A DNA stretch of 35,526 bases from Actinomycetota bacterium (lineage in GTDB: Bacteria > Actinomycetota > UBA4738 > HRBIN12): positions 1-35,526 of the forward strand of contig JBKOZW010000024.1 of the NCBI GenBank assembly GCA_046726095.1. The letters run 5' to 3'. The number at the start of each line of letters is the position of its first letter. Positions within the stretch are counted from its first letter, which is position 1. The position numbers and the translations under genes are program-made. This document shows positions 25,345-32,118 of the stretch, one piece after another. Under the pieces are notes generated by a model, which was not told the DNA's origin, made no database searches, and saw only the letters and a list, made by a program, of their open reading frames with translations.

Positions 25345-26388
25345 TCAGGTCGTCTCGACAGACAGCGCCAGCTGACCACACGCGGCGTCGATGTTCCGCC
25401 CCCGCGTGTCGCGAACCGTCACGTTCGCGCCCGCGCGCTGCAGGACCGTCACGAAGCGTCTGATCCGCGCCGGGGGAGAGCCGGCGACCGGGTAGCCGGG
25501 CGTCGGGTTCAACGGGATCACGTTCACGTGCGCACCGAGTCGCCGGGCGATCGGCGCCAGCAGCTCCGCCTGCTCCTCCGTGTCGTTCACGTGGTCGATC
25601 AACGCCCATTCGATCGACGGACGACGGCGGGTCGCCGCGCGCCACCCCGCGATCGCCTCCTCCAGGGACGCGAGCGGATACCGGTGGTTCGGCGGTACGA
25701 GCTGGTCGCGGAGGTCGTCGCTCGCCGCGTGGAAGCTGACCGCCAGTCCGACCTGTGGATGCGCTCCGGCCAGCCGCGCGATCCCCGGCACGATGCCGAC
25801 CGTGGACACGGTGATCTGGCGGGCGCCCATCCCGAAGCCAGTGGGATCCGTAAGGTTGGCGATCGACGCGAACACGTGTCGCTCGTTCGCGAGCGGCTCG
25901 CCCATCCCCATGAACACGACGTTGCTCAACCGTGGCGGGGTCGACGCGGGCAGACGTGTCGCCTCGCGTCGCGCCCACACGACCTGCGCCGCGATCTCGC
26001 CAGCCGTCAGGTTGTTCTTCAGTCCCATCTGTCCCGTCGCGCAGAACGTGCAGCCCATCGCGCAGCCGGACTGCGACGACACGCAGACGGTGACCCGCTC
26101 GGGGTAGCCCATCAGCACCGTCTCGATCACGTGCTCGCCGCCGAGGCGGAGCAACGCCTTGCGCGTCGCACCCCGATCCGCGGTGCGCTCGTCCAGGACC
26201 TCGACGCCGATCGGCAGCTCGGTCGCGAGCCGCTCGCGGAGGCCCGGTGCGATATCGGACATCGCGTCGTAAGGGCTCGCGCGCTTCCACAGCTGTGACC
26301 AGACCTGCTTCGCTCGGTACGCGGGCTCGCCCCACGCGACGAGCCGATCCGTCAGCTGCTCCAAGGAGAGGTCGTAGACGGTCGCCAC
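25345..26388 (-). CDS. rlmN: 23S rRNA/tRNA (adenine-C2)-methyltransferase, radical SAM
   Basis: CVSSQSGCAMGCTFCATGQMG (CxxxCxxC radical SAM cluster), VFMGMGEPLAN, ITVSTVG, NVIPLNP and the C-terminal DAACGQL motif. Confidence 0.93.
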   Translation of the reverse strand: MATVYDLSLEQLTDRLVAWGEPAYRAKQVWSQLWKRASPYDAMSDIAPGLRERLATELPIGVEVLDERTADRGATRKALLRLGGEHVIETVLMGYPERVTVCVSSQSGCAMGCTFCATGQMGLKNNLTAGEIAAQVVWARREATRLPASTPPRLSNVVFMGMGEPLANERHVFASIANLTDPTGFGMGARQITVSTVGIVPGIARLAGAHPQVGLAVSFHAASDDLRDQLVPPNHRYPLASLEEAIAGWRAATRRRPSIEWALIDHVNDTEEQAELLAPIARRLGAHVNVIPLNPTPGYPVAGSPPARIRRFVTVLQRAGANVTVRDTRGRNIDAACGQLALSVETT

Positions 26389-26394
26389 GGGCTC

Positions 26395-26400
26395 AGCGTA
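26395..26400 (-). promoter_or_regulatory. -10-like TACGCT, 6 nt before the rlmN GTG (26388)
   Basis: Minus strand reads TACGCT-GAGCCC-GTG. Confidence 0.4.
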
Positions 26401-26455
26401 GGTTCTCGCCGATGGGAGCGGACGGAGGGATCGAGACCGGCCCGCAACCCCTCCG

Positions 26456-27388
26456 GTGACGGGACCTCCCGCGTTCGCGTCGCTCGACGACTACGTGGCT
26501 CGCCTGGGAGAGGTCGACGTCTGGTGGCCCTTCCTGCGACAGATCGTCGCGCGGCTCGGTCTCGAGCACGCCGGCACCGTCCCCGTCCCCGGCGCTAACG
26601 CGACGTGGCCGACGTTCGTCTACGGCGACGTGGTCGTGAAGCTGTTCGGCTACCAGGCCTCGTGGCGTCGAGCCTTCACGACCGAACGAGGCGCACTGGC
26701 CCTGGTCGGCGGCGACCCCGAGATCCTGGCACCGAGGATCGTGGGCGAAGGGCAGACCTTCGACGAGCCGGACGCCTGGCCCTTCCTGGTGATGACCCGG
26801 ATCCCCGGAGCGGCGACGTGGCCCCAGCGGCCGGCGCCGGAGCGGTGGCCGACGATCGCCGCGGAGCTGGGTGGACAGATCCGAGCGCTGCACGGACTCC
26901 AGCCGTCGGGCGTCGCGACGGAGCGCGATTGGCCCGATGCGGACGTGGCGAGCGCCGCGGAGCGAAGCTCGCTGCCCCCGCATCTGGCCGCGCAGGCCGC
27001 CGACTACGTGGCCCGGTTGCCGCCGTCCGATGACGTCTTCGTCAACGGCGACCTCGCGGCGCAGCACGTGTTCGTGCAGGACGGGCACGTCGCCGGGTTG
27101 ATCGACTGGGGCGACGCGATGGTGACCGATCGCCACTACGAGTTGATCCAGATCTACCGGGACGCGTTCGATTGCGACACGGCGCTGCTCCGCGTGTTCC
27201 TCGACGCCAGTGAGTGGCCGGTCGCGGAGGACTTCTCCCGCAGGGCGATGGGACAGGCGCTCCGGCGGCAGGCGTTCATGCTCGCGCAGCATCCGACCGG
27301 AGATGTTTTCATGCCGATCGCGGAGAAGCTCCCCTTGCAGGAGATCGCCACCCTCGACGATCTCGCGAACGAACTCTTCGGGTTGTAG
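26456..27388 (+). CDS. Aminoglycoside-phosphotransferase (APH)/choline-kinase-family small-molecule kinase
   Basis: Catalytic-loop and metal-binding motifs FVNGDLAAQHVFV and GLIDWGDAMVTDRHYEL. 310 aa. Substrate unknown. Confidence 0.75.
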   Translation: MTGPPAFASLDDYVARLGEVDVWWPFLRQIVARLGLEHAGTVPVPGANATWPTFVYGDVVVKLFGYQASWRRAFTTERGALALVGGDPEILAPRIVGEGQTFDEPDAWPFLVMTRIPGAATWPQRPAPERWPTIAAELGGQIRALHGLQPSGVATERDWPDADVASAAERSSLPPHLAAQAADYVARLPPSDDVFVNGDLAAQHVFVQDGHVAGLIDWGDAMVTDRHYELIQIYRDAFDCDTALLRVFLDASEWPVAEDFSRRAMGQALRRQAFMLAQHPTGDVFMPIAEKLPLQEIATLDDLANELFGL

Positions 27389-27394
27389 GGCGGC

Positions 27395-28249
27395 ATGGCG
27401 ATCCGTCGGATACCCCTGGACCACCCCGTCGATCTCCGGCGCACGCTCTTCCCGTTGATCCGCGGACATGGCGACCCCACGGCCCGGGTCGACGGCCGCG
27501 CCGTCTGGCGGGCCGTGCGGACCGCCGACGGAGCGGCAACCGTCCGGCTGATGCAGGCGGGTCGTCGGGAGATCGAGGCGGAGGCGTGGGGACCGGGCGC
27601 GGACCGCGCCATCGGCGAGGCCGCGCCCGGTCTGGTCGGCGCGCTCGACCACCCTGATGCATTCATCCCGCGCGGCGAGCTGCTCGACGGGATCTGGCGC
27701 GCTCACCGCGGAGTGCTGCTCACGCGGACCGATCCCTTCCCGGTCCTCGTCGCGGCGATCCTCGAACAGAAGGTCGCGGGGATCGAAGCACGAGCGGCGT
27801 GGCGGGAGATCGTCCTCGCGACGGCGGATCCGGCGCCGGGCGACGCCGGGCTCCGGCTGCCTCCCGACCCCGAACGGTTGGCCTCTCTCCCTTCTTGGCA
27901 GCTCACCAAGCTCGGCGTCGTGCATCGGCGCGCCGCCTCGCTCGCCGGCGCCGCGCCCGAGCAGGCCAGGGCATTCCTCGCGAAGCTCCCCGGCGTCGGC
28001 CCGTGGACGATCGGCGAGGTCTGCCGCCTCGCGCTCGGCGATCCCGATGCCATCTCGATCGGCGACTACCACCTCCCGCACATCGTGGCGTGGGCCTTCG
28101 CGGGCGAGCCCCGCGGCACGGATGAGCGGATGCTCGAGCTCCTCGAGCCCTACCGAGGGCAGCGGGGCCGGGTCGAGATGCTCCTGGAGGCGTCCGGGAT
28201 CACCGCGCCCGTGTTCGGGCCCAAGATGGAGCGGCGGAGCTTCGCCTAA
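27395..28249 (+). CDS. HhH-GPD superfamily DNA glycosylase (3-methyladenine DNA glycosylase II/AlkA-like)
   Basis: LPGVGPWTIGEVCRLALGDPDAISIGDYHL (helix-hairpin-helix plus catalytic Asp) and FPVLVAAILEQKV. The start lies 6 nt after the kinase stop. Confidence 0.8.
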   Translation: MAIRRIPLDHPVDLRRTLFPLIRGHGDPTARVDGRAVWRAVRTADGAATVRLMQAGRREIEAEAWGPGADRAIGEAAPGLVGALDHPDAFIPRGELLDGIWRAHRGVLLTRTDPFPVLVAAILEQKVAGIEARAAWREIVLATADPAPGDAGLRLPPDPERLASLPSWQLTKLGVVHRRAASLAGAAPEQARAFLAKLPGVGPWTIGEVCRLALGDPDAISIGDYHLPHIVAWAFAGEPRGTDERMLELLEPYRGQRGRVEMLLEASGITAPVFGPKMERRSFA

Positions 28250-28253
28250 GGCG

Positions 28254-28266
28254 TCGGCCTATCATC
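28254..28266 (+). promoter_or_regulatory. TCGGCCTATCATC motif: a -10-like TATCAT exactly 6 nt before ATG 28272 (leaderless-type promoter candidate)
   Basis: The identical 13-mer recurs at 28822..28834 with the same spacing to the preceding stop and the following start. Confidence 0.45.
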
Positions 28267-28271
28267 CGGCA

Positions 28272-28817
28272 ATGGATCGGTCCGAAGCGCATGCGTTCGC
28301 ACGCGAGAAGTGCCTGAAGGAGACGACGTACCGACACTTGATCTCGGTCGAAGGCGTGATGCGCGCGCTGGCCCGACGGTTCGAGGAGGACGAAGACCTC
28401 TGGGGTGTCACGGGACTGTTCCACGATCTCGACCAGGACCACACCGGCGAGGACGGGTCGCGCCACGCCTTGCTCGCTGCCGAGTGGCTCCGTGAGACGG
28501 GGATCGACGAACGTGTCGTGAACGGCGTCCTCGCGCACGCGTACGAGCAGTACCGCACGGACCTTCTGTCGCGGGCGGTCGTGCACGCGGACGCCGTCGC
28601 CGGGTTGCTCGTCGCTGCGGCGCTCGTCCGTCCCGAGAGAGCGAACGGTATGAAGGTGTCGAGCGTGAGGAAGAAGCTCAAGGAGAAGGCGTTCGCCCCG
28701 GGCGTGAACCGCGACGAGGTCAACGACGTCGAGGAACACATCGGCCTCCCGCTCGAGGAGTTCCTCGCGGTCTCGATCGAAGGGTTGCAGGAGGTCGCGC
28801 CCGAGATCGACCTCTAG
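28272..28817 (+). CDS. HD-domain phosphohydrolase (COG2316-like)
   Basis: HLISVEGVMRAL...GLFHDLD (the H...HD metal motif) and AHAYEQY...VHADAV. 181 aa. The real part of ORF 27657..28817 begins at ATG 28272. Confidence 0.75.
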   Translation: MDRSEAHAFAREKCLKETTYRHLISVEGVMRALARRFEEDEDLWGVTGLFHDLDQDHTGEDGSRHALLAAEWLRETGIDERVVNGVLAHAYEQYRTDLLSRAVVHADAVAGLLVAAALVRPERANGMKVSSVRKKLKEKAFAPGVNRDEVNDVEEHIGLPLEEFLAVSIEGLQEVAPEIDL

Positions 28818-28821
28818 CGCT

Positions 28822-28834
28822 TCGGCCTATCATC
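28822..28834 (+). promoter_or_regulatory. TCGGCCTATCATC motif: a -10-like TATCAT exactly 6 nt before GTG 28840 (leaderless-type promoter candidate)
   Basis: Second copy of the 13-mer. In both cases the intergenic spacer is exactly 22 nt. Confidence 0.45.
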
Positions 28835-28839
28835 GCGGC

Positions 28840-30219
28840 GTGGCCGAGCGGTACCGCACGATCATCGAACCGTTCCGGATCCATTCGGTGGAGCCGCTCC
28901 GGTTCCTCACCGAGGATGAGCGCCGCACGAAGATCCGCGACGCCGGCTACAACCTGTTCAACCTCCACGCCGACGACGTCTTGATCGACCTGCTCACGGA
29001 TTCCGGGACGGGTGCGATGAGCCGCGACCAATGGGCGGCGATCCAGCGTGGCGACGAGAGCTACGCCGGATCGCCCTCGTGGTTCGTCTTCCTGGAGGCC
29101 GTCCAGGAGCTGTTCCCGTTCCCCCACGTGATCCCGACGCATCAGGGCCGGGCCGCCGAGAAGATCCTGTTCTCCGCGATCGCGGGCCCCGGCTCGATCG
29201 TCCCGAACAACACGCACTTCGACACGACGCGCGCGAACGTCGAGTTCACGGGCGCCGAGGCCGTCGATCTGGTGATCCCCGAGGGTCGCGACCCCGCGGC
29301 CCTCCACCCGTTCAAGGGCAACATGGACCTGGATGCGCTCGAGAAGCTCCTGATCGAACGATCCGAGGACGTCCCCGTCGTGTTCGTGACCGTGACGAAC
29401 AACTCGGGCGGCGGCCAGCCGGTGTCCCTCGAGAACCTCCACGGCGTGCGCGCCCTGTGCGACCGGTTCGACGTGCCGCTGTTCCTGGACGCGTGCCGGT
29501 TCGCCGAGAACGCCTGGTTCATCAAGACGCGTGAAGGGGGCCAGTCCGATCGCGCCGTCCCCGACATCGTGCGCGAGATGGCCTCCCTCGCCGACGGCAT
29601 GACGATGTCGGCCAAGAAGGATCCGATGGCGAACATCGGCGGCTGGCTCGCGCTCCGGGACGACTCCTGGGCCGAGAAGTGCCGCAACCTGTTGATCCTG
29701 ACCGAAGGGTTCCCGACCTACGGCGGGCTCGCCGGGCGCGACCTCGAGGCGATCGCGCAGGGCCTCCGCGAATGCATCGACGAGCATTACCTCCGCTACC
29801 GGATCCGGTCGACCGAGTACCTCGCGGACGCCCTGGTGGCCGCCGGCGTACCGATCGTTCGACCCGCCGGCGGCCACGCCGTCTACCTGGACGCCCGCGC
29901 CTCGCTCCCCCACGTGCCGCCGCTCGCGTATCCCGGTCAGTCGCTCGCGATCGCGCTCTACGAGGCCGGCGGGATCCGCGGCTGCGAGATCGGGACCGTG
30001 ATGTTCGGGATACGGCCGGACGGGACAGAGGAACCCGCCGCCACCGACCTGGTGCGGCTCGCGATCCCGCGCAGGACGTACACGCAGTCCCACGTGGACT
30101 ACGTGATCGAGGTCGCGACCGCGGTCGCCGAGCGCGCCGCGGATCTGCCCGGCTACCGGATCGTGGAGCAGGCGCCGCAGCTCAGACATTTCACGGCGCG
30201 GTTCGAACCTCTTGCGTAA
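28840..30219 (+). CDS. tnaA: Beta-eliminating lyase: tryptophanase (less likely tyrosine phenol-lyase)
   Basis: Colinear with the TnaA/TPL family: EPFRIHSVEP, LIDLLTDSGTGAMS, IPTHQGRAAE, PLP-lysine motif SAKKDPMANIGGW, YGGLAGRDLEA, GGHAVYLDA, RLAIPRRTYTQSH, QLRHFTARFEP. It has F-D-TT (HFDTTR), where TPL has F-T-TT. Confidence 0.85.
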   Translation: MAERYRTIIEPFRIHSVEPLRFLTEDERRTKIRDAGYNLFNLHADDVLIDLLTDSGTGAMSRDQWAAIQRGDESYAGSPSWFVFLEAVQELFPFPHVIPTHQGRAAEKILFSAIAGPGSIVPNNTHFDTTRANVEFTGAEAVDLVIPEGRDPAALHPFKGNMDLDALEKLLIERSEDVPVVFVTVTNNSGGGQPVSLENLHGVRALCDRFDVPLFLDACRFAENAWFIKTREGGQSDRAVPDIVREMASLADGMTMSAKKDPMANIGGWLALRDDSWAEKCRNLLILTEGFPTYGGLAGRDLEAIAQGLRECIDEHYLRYRIRSTEYLADALVAAGVPIVRPAGGHAVYLDARASLPHVPPLAYPGQSLAIALYEAGGIRGCEIGTVMFGIRPDGTEEPAATDLVRLAIPRRTYTQSHVDYVIEVATAVAERAADLPGYRIVEQAPQLRHFTARFEPLA

Positions 30220-30245
30220 CGACCCGCAGGTTGCCGGGTGAGGCG

Positions 30246-31613
30246 GTGCGAGCCGAGACTGACTCCGTGATCCCGGAAACCCTGTACGCGAAGACGAGCG
30301 ACGACGTGTGGATCGCGTATCAGACCTTGGGTGAAGGACCCGTCGATCTCATCGTCGTCTTCGCGTGGGTCTCGCATCTCGAGGTCTATTGGGAACAGCC
30401 TCGGATCGCGGAGATGCTGCGGTCCTTCGCGAAGGACGCTCGTGTGATCACCTTCGACAAGCGCGGGACCGGCCTCTCCGATCGCATCAGCCGGGTCCCC
30501 GACCTCGAAGCGAGGATGGACGACATCCGGGCCGTGATGGATGCCGTCGGGAGCGAACGAGCGACCCTCTTCGGCATGGGCGACGGTGCCGCTCTCGCCG
30601 CGCTGTTCGCCGCGACCTATCCCGAACGGTCGGCCGGATTGATCCTCTACGGAGGCAGCGCGCGGATGACCTGGGCACCCGACTACCCGTGGGGCTTGAC
30701 CGAGGACGCGTGGATCAGGGAGCACGCGAGGATCCCGGAGATCTGGGGCAGGGAGCGGTACGGGCGCGAGTGGGCCGAGATCTCGCTCCTCCTCGATCGG
30801 AGCGAGCCGGACGACCCTGAGCTGTTCCGATGGGCGGCCCGATGGGCTCGGTACTCGGCCGCGCCCGGCGACATGCTCGCCTTCGATCACATGTGGGCGC
30901 ACACGGATGTTCGCGACATCCTGCCCGCGATCCAGGTGCCGGCGACCGTCATCCACGGGGAGGGCAGGGGTCCCGGCGAAGCCGAGTACGTCGCTTCGCG
31001 GATCCCCGGGGCGACGCTCCTCCCGCTCTCCGGTGCTCGTCGGGTCGCATGGATGAGCGATCTCGATGAGTTGAGCGAAGCCGTCCACGCCTTCCTCGGA
31101 TCGATCCGGCACGAACAGGCGGCGTTCGACCGTCTGCTCGCCACGGTCTTGTTCACCGACATCGTGGACTCCACGAGCCAGAGCGCCGCGATGGGTGACC
31201 AGGCGTGGAGCCGGGTGCAGGACGGCCACGACCGGATCGTCCGAGCGCAGCTCGCGCGGTTCCATGGTCGCGAGATCCGCAAGATGGGCGACGGTTTCCT
31301 CGCCACCTTCGACGGGCCTGGGCGTGCCGTGAGGTGCGCTCAGGCGATCGCGGCGGCGGTGCCGGCGTTGGGTATCGAGATCCGCGTGGGACTGCACACC
31401 GGGGAGATCGAGCTCGCCGAAGGCGACATCTCGGGTCTCGCGGTCGCGATCGGCGCACGCGTCGGCGCGCTGGCCGGTGCGAGCGAGATCCTCGTATCGA
31501 GCACCGTCAGGGATCTCGTCGTCGGCTCGGGCATCAACCTGCAGGATCGGGGCTCCCACACGCTGAAAGGCGTGCCCGACAAGTGGCACCTGTTCGCGGT
31601 GTCCCCGAACTGA
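30246..31613 (+). CDS. Alpha/beta-hydrolase fused to a class III nucleotidyl cyclase domain (LipJ/Rv1900c-like architecture)
   Basis: N-terminal half: ITFDKRGTGLSD and the nucleophile-elbow-like LFGMGDGAALA. C-terminal half: LATVLFTDIVDSTS, IRKMGDGFLATF, RVGLHTGEIEL, GLAVAIGARV, ILVSSTV, LKGVPDKWHLFAV. The start is uncertain (TTG 30231, GTG 30246 or GTG 30267). Confidence 0.8.
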   Translation: MRAETDSVIPETLYAKTSDDVWIAYQTLGEGPVDLIVVFAWVSHLEVYWEQPRIAEMLRSFAKDARVITFDKRGTGLSDRISRVPDLEARMDDIRAVMDAVGSERATLFGMGDGAALAALFAATYPERSAGLILYGGSARMTWAPDYPWGLTEDAWIREHARIPEIWGRERYGREWAEISLLLDRSEPDDPELFRWAARWARYSAAPGDMLAFDHMWAHTDVRDILPAIQVPATVIHGEGRGPGEAEYVASRIPGATLLPLSGARRVAWMSDLDELSEAVHAFLGSIRHEQAAFDRLLATVLFTDIVDSTSQSAAMGDQAWSRVQDGHDRIVRAQLARFHGREIRKMGDGFLATFDGPGRAVRCAQAIAAAVPALGIEIRVGLHTGEIELAEGDISGLAVAIGARVGALAGASEILVSSTVRDLVVGSGINLQDRGSHTLKGVPDKWHLFAVSPN

Positions 31614-31622
31614 GCCTCGAGC

Positions 31623-32021
31623 CTAGGTATCCCTGACGCGTCCAGCGAGCGTCAGGAGCAGGCTCCAGGCCATCCGCGGGTCGTCCATCACGAGCTTCCG
31701 GAGACCGTCGTGATACAGGACGAGGCACCGCATCGGAGTGTCCGCGACCACGGAGGCCGCCCGTCGACGACCGTCGATCATCGAGATCTCACCGAAGAAC
31801 TCGCCGGCGTTCCGCCTGGCGACGGTACGCCCGTTCCGGGTGATCCTCGCGGTTCCTTCCAGGATGATGAAGAGCGTCTCGGTGCGGCCGCCCTCCACGA
31901 CGATGCTGCTCCCCGCTGCGTACGAGTCCTCGCTCGCGCTCCTCGCGACCTTCCGCATCTGTCGAGGGGTGAGGTTGGCGAAGAGGGGGACGCGGGAGAG
32001 GGACTCGAGCGGGGTGGGCAT
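31623..32021 (-). CDS. Stand-alone cyclic-nucleotide-binding domain protein (132 aa, no output domain)
   Basis: VPLFANLTPRQMRKVA...YAAGSSIVVEGG...LFIILEGTARI...AGEFFGEISMIDGRRRAASVVA is the CAP/CNB beta-barrel with a phosphate-binding-cassette-like FGE...R-A-A-S segment. Confidence 0.85.
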   Translation of the reverse strand: MPTPLESLSRVPLFANLTPRQMRKVARSASEDSYAAGSSIVVEGGRTETLFIILEGTARITRNGRTVARRNAGEFFGEISMIDGRRRAASVVADTPMRCLVLYHDGLRKLVMDDPRMAWSLLLTLAGRVRDT

Positions 32022-32104
32022 AGGCCCGTGCTAGTCGGGTTGCCGCGAGGAGTCAAGGCTGCGCGCGAAAGAGACACTCCTCATCATCCGTGGGACCCCT
32101 CCGT

Positions 32105-32110
32105 TACCCT
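32105..32110 (+). promoter_or_regulatory. -10-like TACCCT, 8 nt before ATG 32119 (GT4-GH130 gene)
   Basis: TANNNT hexamer; the spacing is slightly long for a strictly leaderless start. Confidence 0.3.
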
Positions 32111-32118
32111 GAAGTCAT

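Noticed and set aside
26456-27388. APH-family kinase as an aminoglycoside-resistance determinant or resistance island
   Set aside because: Only the generic kinase motifs are present. The neighbours are housekeeping-type genes (rlmN, DNA glycosylase) and there is no mobile context, so substrate specificity cannot be inferred.
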